Positions 9,564 to 19,631 of a DNA stretch of 64,000 bases are shown one piece after another. The notes beneath the pieces are model-generated. The model worked only from the letters and a program-made list of their open reading frames with translations, did not search any database and was not told the origin of the DNA. The translations under genes and the position numbers were made by a program. Origin of the DNA: a virus; the IMG/VR virus record IMGVR_UViG_3300027746_000016, positions 1 through 64,000 of that record; one strand, written 5' to 3'. Numbering within the stretch: the stretch's first letter is position 1; each line of letters begins with the position of its first letter.

Positions 9564-10424
9564 ATGAAATATTTAAAAACATATCAATTATTTGAAAATA
9601 TTACAAGTGAAAAATTATATCACGGTAATAGAAAAGGCGATTTTCCGCCTACTATCAAAAAATTTGGTGCTATATTTTTAACCAGTAACTTAAATTTTGC
9701 AAAATCGTTTGCAGCACAAGATCAAGATGAGAGAGAAGAGTTTCCAGATGGAGGAGTTTGGGAAGTAAACTTAAAACCTAATCTAAAAATTTGTGAACCC
9801 AGCCAAATAGAAACAATGAAGGAATTGGATTTAAAATCAATATTACAAAAAATGATAGATGATGAATATGTAGATCCAGTAAATGGTAAAAAATTCAAAT
9901 CAGATAGAGGCAAAGAATACAAAGGATTTGATTATGATACCGAAAAAGAATTTGACTTAGAAGATACCTCACAGACTGTTTATTATTATCTTAGGCAAAT
10001 AAAGTATGGCGGTTGGCTGATAATAGAGTGCCAACCTATCATTAATGCAATTAAGGATAGACAATACGATGGGTATGAGGTTACTGAATTAGGTTCTAAA
10101 AATGTAGCAATATTTGAAGAGTCATCAATTGAAAGTTTTGATAAAATAATTACAAATAAAGATTCTTTAATTAGTGAATCAAAAAAGCCAAAAGGCTCTC
10201 CAGCCTGGCATGACTCGGATGCGCCTGATGCAAACGGTAAATTTAAAACACTTGGAATAAAGGAGCTTGCCGCCTGGTTAATAAGAACCAGAAATAAAGA
10301 TATGCAAAAGATTACAGGTAGCATTAACCAACAGGTTGTGTTTAACCGTAAAAAGAATCCAGCTTATGCAAAAAAGATGGAAAAGGTTAGAGCTGAAGTA
10401 AAACGTCAACTTGGTAAAAAATAA
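9564..10424 (+). CDS. ADP-ribosyltransferase-fold protein with basic C-terminal module
   Basis: LYHG, IFLTSN..FAKSFA, VWEVNL and YDGY..TE....VAIF pattern of ART-like domains. N-terminal LKTYQLFE. Confidence 0.5.
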   Translation: MKYLKTYQLFENITSEKLYHGNRKGDFPPTIKKFGAIFLTSNLNFAKSFAAQDQDEREEFPDGGVWEVNLKPNLKICEPSQIETMKELDLKSILQKMIDDEYVDPVNGKKFKSDRGKEYKGFDYDTEKEFDLEDTSQTVYYYLRQIKYGGWLIIECQPIINAIKDRQYDGYEVTELGSKNVAIFEESSIESFDKIITNKDSLISESKKPKGSPAWHDSDAPDANGKFKTLGIKELAAWLIRTRNKDMQKITGSINQQVVFNRKKNPAYAKKMEKVRAEVKRQLGKK

Positions 10425-10430
10425 TAACCT

Positions 10431-10706
10431 ATGAGTCTGCCATTTCAAGAAACCGAGCTAGACAGTACAACCTCGATTAGGGTATTCGGTGCAGACATTG
10501 ATCCGATTGAGCTTATGTGGCACAGAGACGATGAGGCCCGCACAATTGAACCTATTAATTTTACAGATTGGCTCATACAATTAGAGAATTGTTTGCCTTT
10601 TGCAATAGATCACTCTATAAATATTAATAGACATGAATGGCACCGACTAATTAAGGGATCAGGCAGTTTAACCCTAAAAATTATAAAACATAAATATGAA
10701 ACTTAA
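10431..10706 (+). CDS. small cupin-like phage protein
   Basis: WHRDDE...HEWHRLIKG His motifs. Confidence 0.55.
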   Translation: MSLPFQETELDSTTSIRVFGADIDPIELMWHRDDEARTIEPINFTDWLIQLENCLPFAIDHSININRHEWHRLIKGSGSLTLKIIKHKYET

Positions 10707-11073
10707 TATTGGCGATAAGGTTATTTTTCGAGCCAGTGCCGAGGAGCAACAAAATGCACTATTTGAATTAATAGATGGAGCATCAGCTACGGTAACTGAA
10801 GTTGACTCGCCAATTTATGCACCGCATATTAAGTTTGTTGAGATAAAATTAGATGAACCAGTTGAACTTAACGGAGAAATGATTAAAATAGTTACTGGCT
10901 TAGACCCAGATAATATTGAAAAATTAGATGCAGTATCTGAATCTAAATTGGCCAGAAATAAAGATAAAAAGTCTTTAAAAATAAAGAAAAAATCGGACCG
11001 TAGGCTAATTTCTGAATTAAATGAACTTGCTGTCTATAAATTTAGTGATTGGGAATTAACTAAACTACTTTAA
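10696..11073 (+). CDS. hypothetical protein (SH3/KOW-like N-terminus)
   Basis: MKLNIGDKVIF; overlaps the upstream gene. Confidence 0.6.
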   Translation: MKLNIGDKVIFRASAEEQQNALFELIDGASATVTEVDSPIYAPHIKFVEIKLDEPVELNGEMIKIVTGLDPDNIEKLDAVSESKLARNKDKKSLKIKKKSDRRLISELNELAVYKFSDWELTKLL

Positions 11074-11090
11074 AATAATATAACTAGATA

Positions 11091-11564
11091 ATGATATACG
11101 CAAATTCTTTTAGTCAATTTAACGAGGCTAATTCAACCGAACCTGAAGAGCCTATTGAATTATTTTGGTATTATGGAATAGCCGACTGTCACGGCCTTGA
11201 GTCTTTTATTAAAGAACCTAATCGTGAGGTATGGACCGAAGTTGACTTTTTAAATTCAATTGGGGTATCTGATATAAGTTCAGCCAATTTAGACGATAAA
11301 AAAGCATTTAATGGTCAATTAAATATGATGCAGATGCGGTGTAGCGCAAATATGCAGAGACACCCAGTTATATACCGAGTACTAATGGAAACAGATGATG
11401 CAGATATGGTACAAGATCAACTAGACCGTGGTGACTATATTATGGGACTTAAGATTGTAAAAGCAAATTCCAAAGAGATTCAATTAGCTAGAGGAACTGG
11501 TAGAAATCTTGAAAAACAGTGGGCAAAGATTCCAAATCCTGAGTTGGATCCTATGCACGGGTAA
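11091..11564 (+). CDS. hypothetical protein, probable internal head protein
   Basis: N-terminal ANSFSQFNEA motif. Confidence 0.65.
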   Translation: MIYANSFSQFNEANSTEPEEPIELFWYYGIADCHGLESFIKEPNREVWTEVDFLNSIGVSDISSANLDDKKAFNGQLNMMQMRCSANMQRHPVIYRVLMETDDADMVQDQLDRGDYIMGLKIVKANSKEIQLARGTGRNLEKQWAKIPNPELDPMHG

Positions 11565-11594
11565 CGTGCAGTTATTTCTATATTAATTTTTCGC

Positions 11595-11604
11595 TAATAA
11601 ATAA
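11595..11604 (+). promoter_or_regulatory. late-type promoter TAATAAATAA
   Basis: Exact motif upstream of the baseplate operon. Confidence 0.6.
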
Positions 11605-11626
11605 TATTAAATAGAAATTTTAATCT

Positions 11627-13657
11627 ATGTCATTTTCAGATTTTTTAGGTAGTTTATTTGCTGGGCCTATTACTCAACCGTCAGGTATTACGGAAGACTT
11701 TGCGGTCAACACGTCAGTTGATAAAATATTTAGTGGAATTAATTATTTACAAGCACTGTCGCAGGTCAAATCAAGAGCGGAATTAAGTACTTATTTAGAT
11801 GAAGGGAAACTTGAATATGCTCCTAAAGCCGGCGGGTCTCTTCAATCTTCTACAACTGACTCTATTTTTAATAAATTTGCAATTTTTCGGTATCAAAATT
11901 TTATGGGAGGCGGCAAATATAGGCCAGAACTTCATTTTATTGGAGCAAATAATGCCAATACGACCTTAGACAAAGATGAAGCTAGTTTTGATTCTAAAGT
12001 TAATTTAGACGCGGCCGCTGCCGCAATATTAAATGAGCAAATTGGACAAAGGCCAGAAAGCGGGTTTAATAAAAAAAGAGGAGCGGCAGATGCTGATATA
12101 CGAAGAACCGCTACAACATTAATAAATCCAAATGTTAAAAATATTATTGAATGGGCAAATAAAACTTCATCAATTTCAGTAACAGGTTATCAGCCGTATG
12201 CAATGACTGATTTTATGTTTTGTAGAAATTATGGAAAAATTCCAAATAATAGGCTGGTTACACTTAGACGATATCCATTTCCAATAGATGATCAAATTAA
12301 AATTTTTCAAAAGGACGTCTATAAAAGCCCAATTCCAATAGCCCAAGCGGTAACCTGGTTTGGCGGAGATACTGGAAATACGCTAGCCGGAATTGGCGTA
12401 CAGAATTGGGGTATGTTTTTTAAAGATATAATAGTAACACCGCAAGATATTACAGGTAATGAAGTAACCATTAAAGAGCTTCAAGCGCTGGTTAGCGGTC
12501 TTGCTGGAGCAAGCGAAAATGCAAAAGCGATAGTCAAAAATCTTGGATTATTAGCAGTTTCATTAGGTGGTACTGATGCAAACCTGCAACAAGCTAGTGG
12601 AATGGAAGAAAAGTTACAAGAATTTGCTAAAAATCAACTATATACAAATGGACCATATTGGAATAGAATTTTTGGACCGGTTAATGTAATTGATCGATCA
12701 TCCCAAAGAGCTAGAGGAATGCAACCGGGTTGGAATACTACCTTTGACCTAAATTTTCATTATCAATTTAGATCATTTAATGGACTAAGTCCAAAGATTG
12801 TTGCCCTGGATCTTATTGCCAGCTTTTTAAATTTAACGTATAATGATGCCCAATTTTTAGGGCAATTGGCTAGATATTTTCCAAGACCAGGTTTAAAATT
12901 TAACCCAACTATTACTGAACAACTTGGTGCCTTAATAACCAGTGCAGGAACAACATTTGATGCTAATATAACAAGTCAAATACTTGCACTCATTAGCTCA
13001 GCAACGGCAGCAATGTCTGCGGCTACCGGTTTGGAAAAATCCGAAACTTTGCTTGCTAAAGGTCTTAAAACTGCAAAAAAAGCTGCACAAGTATTTGCAG
13101 CCGATACGCTAAAGGCGGCATTGCCTGACATATTATAGGCTAAGTCAACCCTATCTGATAGACCAGTTGGTGAATGGCACCTAGTAGTAGGAAATCCAAT
13201 GAATCCTATTATGGTAATGGGGGATTTATTATGCAGTAAATGTGTAATGACATTTGATACAGAAATTGGTCCTGAAGACTTTCCAACTGGTGTAACCTTT
13301 AAAGTTACTCTACAACAGGGTAAACCTAGAGATAAGGTGTCAATTGAAAGAATGTTTAATTTAGGAGAAAGTCAATTGATGTCAACTAAATTAACTCCAA
13401 CCTCTAGTGAAAAGGATACATTTGGAGAGGACAATACTAAACTATTTACTGAATTAACAACTGGCACGCCAACATCAGTAGTGAAGGCTCTAGAAGCCAA
13501 TAAGTATTTTACAAACTATAGAAATAGAGTTAGGGGATCGTATGGTTATAGTGCAGCTACTGACGCTAAAGGCGAGCCAGTAACGGAACAATCGCAAGGT
13601 CAGGTTGATGATTCATTGTTATATATGTATTTTAGTAAATTACTAGATCGTCAATAA
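11627..13657 (+). CDS. putative baseplate/tail-tube-initiator protein, one reading frame interrupted by an in-frame TAG at 13136-13138
   Basis: The 503-aa and 152-aa ORFs are in the same frame. The 60 nt between them are open (AKSTLSDRPVGEWHLVVGNP). The gene lies just before a gp53-like gene. Confidence 0.6.
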
Positions 13658-13675
13658 AAATATTAATTTTTATAA

Positions 13676-14263
13676 ATGTTAAATTTTAGGATACTATTAA
13701 ATAAAGAGTCAATTACTAAACTAAATGGAGAAGTTGTTGTTGATTTAATTAGAAGATCAGTTTCTTTTTTAGGAATTAAATTAAATTCTGGTATGATATG
13801 TGTAGTAAATGAGGATACGGCAATGAGATCTGACCTTATTGCCAAAGCTTATTACCAAGACGCATCAATTTGTGATTTATTATTAAAATATAATGGTTAT
13901 TCCAATCCATTTGCACTAGATGTTAATGATGTAATTAGAATACCTGAAGTTTTACAATTAAGTAACTTTGTAAAACCTGGTGCACTATTAGAAATTGGAA
14001 AACCTCGTAAAAAGAAAGCAACCAATGTATTTCAACCAACTACTAAAAGGGATAAACGTAGACTTGATTTTTTAATTAAAAAGGCTGGAGCAAGGGCTGC
14101 CCCAATTCCTCCAAATATTGCAATAAATAATGGAGTTACTCTTTCAAATGGTAAAATTATATTTGGAACAGATGTTACTAATATTAAAAAAGAAGACTGC
14201 CCAGAACCAATTTCTCGAACTAAATTAAAGGAATCACTGCTTAAAAATAAAATAAAAAATTAA
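13676..14263 (+). CDS. baseplate wedge protein, gp53/LysM-like
   Basis: RSDLIAKAYY....DLLLKYNGYSNPF.L...DVIRIP. Confidence 0.7.
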   Translation: MLNFRILLNKESITKLNGEVVVDLIRRSVSFLGIKLNSGMICVVNEDTAMRSDLIAKAYYQDASICDLLLKYNGYSNPFALDVNDVIRIPEVLQLSNFVKPGALLEIGKPRKKKATNVFQPTTKRDKRRLDFLIKKAGARAAPIPPNIAINNGVTLSNGKIIFGTDVTNIKKEDCPEPISRTKLKESLLKNKIKN

Positions 14264-14264
14264 A

Positions 14265-15794
14265 ATGGCAATTATTTTAAAAAAGCTTGATCCAAAAATT
14301 CAGCCTAGTACAATTGAAGTTCCAGATAATGAGTCTACAAAGGCTAAAAAAGAGGCTAAAATTATGTCGCCGGCTACCGTTGGCTTCAAGCAAAATAATG
14401 GATTAATTGAACCGTTAATAAAAATAGGAAGTATTATATTATCCCCTGGCAAAATTAAGTCACTAAAAATTTGGCAAGATGAATTAGTTCCAAGAATACT
14501 AATTACAATTATTGATCTTGATTCAGAATTTAGTGCTGGAAGATTTCCTATTTCAAATATATTAATTAGTGTATTTATAAAATCACCTATTAAAAATCTT
14601 AAAGGAATGGCTTGCGATTTTATAATAACTAATGTAAACTCATTTAATATATCAGATAGGCAAATTCAATATACATTCACTGGAGATATGCATATTCCAA
14701 AATTGCATACGAATATATCAAAAGCTTTTAGCCAAGTTACATCAGTTGATGCACTATTACTAATTGCAAATGATTTACAACTTGGATTTTCAGACAATTT
14801 AACTGAAAATACCAATGATAAAATGACCTGGTTAATTCCAAATTATTCATATAAATCTGCAATTACTCATATTTGTAAAATGGCATACGGTAATGAACAA
14901 CAATTTTTTGACTGTTTTATTGATAGATATTATATGCTAAATTTTATTAATGTAGAAAAACAGTTTGAAAAAATGGATGAGGCACTAAATATTGCATATA
15001 TTAATCAAGATTTAAGTAATATTGGGGATTCAAATAGAGCAGATCCTGAAAAGGATTCAACCGAACCGGCTGAGGCGCCATTACGAATTACTAATCATCC
15101 AGCTTTTGCTAAAACTGAGCTTTATATAATAGACTATTCACTAGTTAGTAATCATGGAGAAATTTTAAAAAATAATTCACTAAAGCGAAATTTATATTGG
15201 TATGATCACGGCGGAAATATTAAGGATGACTTAACTAAACCTGAAATTGGCGAAGGAAGCAAAGACTCGGATAATTTTAAAGAACAGTTTATTGAGCCCC
15301 TAACTGGAAAACAGGATGAGGACGGAACATTTCCTCAAACAGCTAATGTTTCTGAATTTTTAGATAAAAAAACAGTAGTTGGTCAATGGGTTGGGATTGA
15401 TTATGGAAATGCCCATGCTCAGTATAAATTTTCACAATTAATAAATGATCATAATCATAAAGATATTGAAAAAAATATGTTAAAGGTTAAATTATCCGGA
15501 TTTAGTAATAATATTATTAGAGGAAGTAGATTATCAGTTGACATTTATCTTGATCGAGTGGCAGCAAGTATGGCTGATAATAGTCGAACTGGTCCTGACT
15601 CAACTGAGGCTCAAAAAAATATCACAGAAGCTGATAATAAAAATAAGGATAGAATATTACGCGATAAATTTTTATCAGATGCATACTACGTTAAAACAAT
15701 TAGTTATAGCTATATGAATGGACTATTTGAAACTGACCTATTATTAACTAAACGAAATTGGATACCTATAGCTACTAAAAAAATTGAAACCTAA
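14265..15794 (+). CDS. putative baseplate hub protein (gp27/VgrG-like)
   Basis: Position between the gp53-like and gp5-like genes, size, and C-terminal LSDAYYVKTISY. Confidence 0.5.
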   Translation: MAIILKKLDPKIQPSTIEVPDNESTKAKKEAKIMSPATVGFKQNNGLIEPLIKIGSIILSPGKIKSLKIWQDELVPRILITIIDLDSEFSAGRFPISNILISVFIKSPIKNLKGMACDFIITNVNSFNISDRQIQYTFTGDMHIPKLHTNISKAFSQVTSVDALLLIANDLQLGFSDNLTENTNDKMTWLIPNYSYKSAITHICKMAYGNEQQFFDCFIDRYYMLNFINVEKQFEKMDEALNIAYINQDLSNIGDSNRADPEKDSTEPAEAPLRITNHPAFAKTELYIIDYSLVSNHGEILKNNSLKRNLYWYDHGGNIKDDLTKPEIGEGSKDSDNFKEQFIEPLTGKQDEDGTFPQTANVSEFLDKKTVVGQWVGIDYGNAHAQYKFSQLINDHNHKDIEKNMLKVKLSGFSNNIIRGSRLSVDIYLDRVAASMADNSRTGPDSTEAQKNITEADNKNKDRILRDKFLSDAYYVKTISYSYMNGLFETDLLLTKRNWIPIATKKIET

Positions 15795-17335
15795 TGGCTT
15801 TATTATCAACACCAATAAACGGAATTAACCGAAATAATACGTTTATTAAATCAGCAACGGATGATTTACAAGATCCATTATTTTTAACATTTAGACTTGA
15901 TTTTTTTCCAGAAAGAGAGCAATATCCAGTAGGGGATGGCTTATATAATAGTAGTTTACTTAAACAGCCCGGCAGATTTAATGCAAGCGGCGATGGAGAT
16001 GATAACGGATCTACTGTTGAATATTCTACCCAAGACTGGTTAAAGCAATATTACGGCGCTGACTATCAAAGTGATAATATTAAAGTAGGCCACCCTAATC
16101 CATACCTAGCGCTATATAAATTTAGAGAAGGATTGCGAGTATTACAAGATATGCCATGGTATTTTCAGTCAATTGGTGGAATTGGAGATCTTTGGAAAAG
16201 TGCACAGGTTGGAATAACCGATGGAAGTAAGAAAATAACTGGCTTAACAATTAACTGTTTGGAATCAGTAATGCAGCCGTTGACTGATCTAGTTGAAAAT
16301 TATAGATACGCAATATACGATCAAGACCGATTAGCATATCGAGTTCCAGAAAATTTAAGATGGTTTGATTTGGTAATTGACCTAGTTGAAATTAGAGAGA
16401 TTGTTGATCGTGGTGATAATATATTTAGAAAGGACTCTGAAGGTCGTCTATTACAGGGACTAAAGGTAATTCAATTTAGGTGTAAAATGTGTGAATTTGA
16501 CTTTAGCGATTTTTTAAATCCAGTTGGGGCACTTGATTATTATGCATATAATACAGATAAACCATTTTATCCAAGTTTTAAAATTAAAGTAGGTTGGGTT
16601 AATCAAGAAGTGGTTAATTTACAGGATGCAGCTGACCTGAAAACAATTGGATTATTTTCAGCACTATCAAATATTGTAGGTAATCGAATTAATAAATTTG
16701 TGCAAGGAGCCAGTAGATTGCCAGGGCAATTAATTGGGTCAGTACTTAATCCATTAACCTCAGCACTTGAAAGTAGCGTATTTGGTAATGCATATGAAGG
16801 TCTTTCTTCAGATCTTAAAAATATACCAAGAATAATGAATAAAATACAAGGTGTTACACCAACGGCTGATGTACCTATTCCATATGATACTGCTATCCTG
16901 TCTGGAACGGCTGATGTCTATCCAGATTCAATTGAAAATTATCCGGAAGTTAAAGAAGGACCACCGAATAGATTTAATCCAAATCCGCCTCCTGAAAATA
17001 TATATGACGATAAGGTATTAGCTGGAACAGCCGATGTATATCCAAATTCAACTAGAGAGCCGGTAGTTGGACCGCCAACTGGAACTGTTTATTCTAATCA
17101 AACGGAGTCAGTAGCTGAACCAACTGGAAATGCTTATCCTAATCAAACTGAGCCAGTAGCTGGACCGCCGACTGGAGATGTTTATCCTAATCGAACTGAG
17201 CCAGTAGCTGAACCAACTGGAAATGTTTATCCCAATCAAACTGAGCCAGCAGCTGGACCACCAACTGGAGATGTTTATCCTAATCGAACTGAGCCAGTAG
17301 CTGGACCGCCGACTGGAAATGTTTATTCTACGTAA
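15794..17335 (+). CDS. putative baseplate/tail protein with C-terminal Pro/Thr-rich tandem repeats
   Basis: Baseplate operon context; VYPNxTEP repeats. Confidence 0.6.
   Translation: MALLSTPINGINRNNTFIKSATDDLQDPLFLTFRLDFFPEREQYPVGDGLYNSSLLKQPGRFNASGDGDDNGSTVEYSTQDWLKQYYGADYQSDNIKVGHPNPYLALYKFREGLRVLQDMPWYFQSIGGIGDLWKSAQVGITDGSKKITGLTINCLESVMQPLTDLVENYRYAIYDQDRLAYRVPENLRWFDLVIDLVEIREIVDRGDNIFRKDSEGRLLQGLKVIQFRCKMCEFDFSDFLNPVGALDYYAYNTDKPFYPSFKIKVGWVNQEVVNLQDAADLKTIGLFSALSNIVGNRINKFVQGASRLPGQLIGSVLNPLTSALESSVFGNAYEGLSSDLKNIPRIMNKIQGVTPTADVPIPYDTAILSGTADVYPDSIENYPEVKEGPPNRFNPNPPPENIYDDKVLAGTADVYPNSTREPVVGPPTGTVYSNQTESVAEPTGNAYPNQTEPVAGPPTGDVYPNRTEPVAEPTGNVYPNQTEPAAGPPTGDVYPNRTEPVAGPPTGNVYST
17033..17332 (+). 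repeat. coding tandem repeat of about 6.3 units, 45-51 bp each, xVYPN(Q/R)TEPVA(GP/E)PTG
   Basis: Units read directly: DVYPNSTREPVVGPPTG / TVYSNQTESVAEPTG / NAYPNQTEPVAGPPTG / DVYPNRTEPVAEPTG / NVYPNQTEPAAGPPTG / DVYPNRTEPVAGPPTG / NVYST. Confidence 0.95.
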
Positions 17336-17355
17336 ATAAAAAAGTGCTAAATAAT

Positions 17356-17382
17356 AAACCCATTATTAAATTATAGTATAAT
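17356..17382 (+). promoter_or_regulatory. AAACC-N13-TAGTATAAT promoter motif
   Basis: The same bipartite motif occurs at 36084-36111, 53401-53428, 53699-53725 and 57935-57961. Confidence 0.55.
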
Positions 17383-17387
17383 ATTAA

Positions 17388-18206
17388 ATGAATTACCACG
17401 AAGCCCAATCATCATCAAACACGGATCATAATTTTAATGCCTATTATGTAGGAACCGTTGAGGCAATAGACGATTCTAAATTTGAAGGGCGTTGTAAAGT
17501 TAAAGTATTTTCGCTATTTGATGATATTGATATTTCTGATTTACCATGGGCAACACCGGCCGCTAAACCTACAGTTTTCGGACAAGATGCGCGAGCTGGG
17601 TCTATTTCAATTCCAAAAATAGGGGCAGTAGTTGGTATTAAATTTAATAATGGAGATATTTATTCTCCAGAATATTCTCAAATTCAAGAATTAGGAGAGG
17701 ATATTAAGGAAGAATTACAAAAAGGTAATACTCCTGAAACATTTAGAAAAAAATATGAAGGTTCTCATTTTATCCTATTTGATGGTGATGAAGAAATTAA
17801 ATTTTGGTTTGACCGAGAAATTGGTTTACAAATGGAACTTAAAAAGTCATTTATTAGAATTGATAATGCAACTTCAAATATTTTAATAGAACACAAAGAC
17901 AATCTCTCTCAAATTGGACTAGAAGATACAATTATTAGAGTAATTGCCGATTCTGAAGTTAGAATAACTGCAGGCACTAAAATTACTGCAACTTCAAAAC
18001 TGGCTCATATAAATTCACAAACAACAATAGTTGGGGCAAGTGGAGTACAATATAGTGCAGTATTGGGAGAACCTCTTTTTGCAATACTTAAAGTAATGGC
18101 TGCAACTATTGATGCAAAAGTACCGTCTACTGCTGGGGCACTAGGCGAAGCAGTCGATGCAGCAAAAGTTCAAGTTCTGTCTAGAACAGTAACAATTGGA
18201 ACTTAA
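17388..18206 (+). CDS. baseplate central spike, gp5 N-terminal OB-fold
   Basis: YVGTVEAIDD..FEGRCKVKV...LPWA...SIPKIGAVV.I.F.NGD; beta-rich C-terminus. Confidence 0.8.
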   Translation: MNYHEAQSSSNTDHNFNAYYVGTVEAIDDSKFEGRCKVKVFSLFDDIDISDLPWATPAAKPTVFGQDARAGSISIPKIGAVVGIKFNNGDIYSPEYSQIQELGEDIKEELQKGNTPETFRKKYEGSHFILFDGDEEIKFWFDREIGLQMELKKSFIRIDNATSNILIEHKDNLSQIGLEDTIIRVIADSEVRITAGTKITATSKLAHINSQTTIVGASGVQYSAVLGEPLFAILKVMAATIDAKVPSTAGALGEAVDAAKVQVLSRTVTIGT

Positions 18207-19033
18207 AAAACTATCTTAAATTCATTTTCACAAGAGATTAAGGGCGTAGATTTAGTAATTGAGTCTAGATCGCCAAGGTGAGCACCTTTAAATTGAAGCA
18301 GTCCTGTTAATTTTGCACTGTCAATACTATCTGCCATTTCAGAAAGCTTATTTCGGTCTGGAAAATATCGACTTGATGCTAAATATTTAGATAAGAGGTC
18401 AGCCCTAACCATTTCCATATGATGCATTGAAATTTGACTACGCTCAAATATTCTAGACTTAAAATACGAATCGTCTATCATTCCGCGAGTAGGGTCAATG
18501 CCTGAAAAAATAAATTGACTTGCATGGTGTCTGGATTGTGAGGTTATTCTGTAAATAAATGGAACTCTCCATCTGGCATGACCACGGTGTAAAGTTGGAG
18601 TAACATAGTTTATATAGTGAACCGCTGTTGCATCTAAATTAAAAGTTTCAATTTCAGCCTTGGCCCAGCTAAACTCAGATTCTCTATAAAACTCGTCTGC
18701 ATCCATTGAAAGGTAATGAGTTGCACCTAATTTAAAGGCAAGCTCAAGACAACCTTGGCGCTTTACTAATTCAAATGACTTTGCCTGTAAAACTTCAGCT
18801 GGCGAAATTAATGAGCTTGGCTTAAAATTTTTAAATTCAATAAGTTCATCAATTAGGCCCAGATTTCGTAGCCGGGTAAGAGTCGGAATAAGTTCTGGCG
18901 TCGCTAAGGTTCCTCCCCAAGAGGTGGTTTGATATGAGACTATTATAATATCAACCTGCAATCGGATTGACCGCAGAGAGGCTTCTAGTGTTTCAAGTCC
19001 ATCAAATACTACATATCCTGCTGCAAGTTTCAT
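18203..19033 (-). CDS. GT-A fold glycosyltransferase (GT2-like)
   Basis: LSMDADEFY DxD motif; LEASLRSIR N-terminus. Confidence 0.7.
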   Translation of the reverse strand: MKLAAGYVVFDGLETLEASLRSIRLQVDIIIVSYQTTSWGGTLATPELIPTLTRLRNLGLIDELIEFKNFKPSSLISPAEVLQAKSFELVKRQGCLELAFKLGATHYLSMDADEFYRESEFSWAKAEIETFNLDATAVHYINYVTPTLHRGHARWRVPFIYRITSQSRHHASQFIFSGIDPTRGMIDDSYFKSRIFERSQISMHHMEMVRADLLSKYLASSRYFPDRNKLSEMADSIDSAKLTGLLQFKGAHLGDLDSITKSTPLISCENEFKIVF

Positions 19034-19043
19034 GAGTTTAAAA

Positions 19044-19628
19044 TTAGGTACTTTTATAATATACTTGATAATTATAATATGAAATTAGTTCATCTACTAT
19101 AATTCTTTCATCTGGAAGACACTCATTCCAACATCTTAATAAAAATGTTCCATCTGCGCAAGAATCATTAATAAAGCTGCCAATCTTTATTTTTTTTACA
19201 ATTAAGGTATCAATCATTCCCTGAGCACCATCTGTAACTCCAGGAGCTGGGGCAACCGCCGCTCTAGCACTGCCGTACGGATCAACTTGAGCACCCATAA
19301 TCATTTTATAGTTAGAGCCATAGTTTTTCCATATTTCATATGTATTTGGGCAGAATAAATTATCATCATCAAGTCCATGAAAGTGACCTTGACTCATTTG
19401 ATCTATTGCAGCATTTACTTTATGGTGCAGATTAAATTGATCATCAGAAATAGGTATTGATATTAGGGTAAGATTATAATAGTCGCTTACGTTTATGTCT
19501 AACTTATATGAATCGGCTTTTACAACAATCCATTTAATATCAGGAACTTTTGGTATTGATTGATATACTTTTTCAAAATTTTCTGGACTTCTCCATAATG
19601 GGGTAAATAAATGTAATATACTTCTCAT
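19044..19628 (-). CDS. GT2-like glycosyltransferase
   Basis: LFTP, WIVV, GLDDDN and a later ADG motif. Confidence 0.6.
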   Translation of the reverse strand: MRSILHLFTPLWRSPENFEKVYQSIPKVPDIKWIVVKADSYKLDINVSDYYNLTLISIPISDDQFNLHHKVNAAIDQMSQGHFHGLDDDNLFCPNTYEIWKNYGSNYKMIMGAQVDPYGSARAAVAPAPGVTDGAQGMIDTLIVKKIKIGSFINDSCADGTFLLRCWNECLPDERIIVDELISYYNYQVYYKST

Positions 19629-19631
19629 AAG

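Noticed and set aside
17033-17332. CRISPR array
   Set aside because: The repeats are contiguous, in frame and coding, with no unique spacers and no cas genes.
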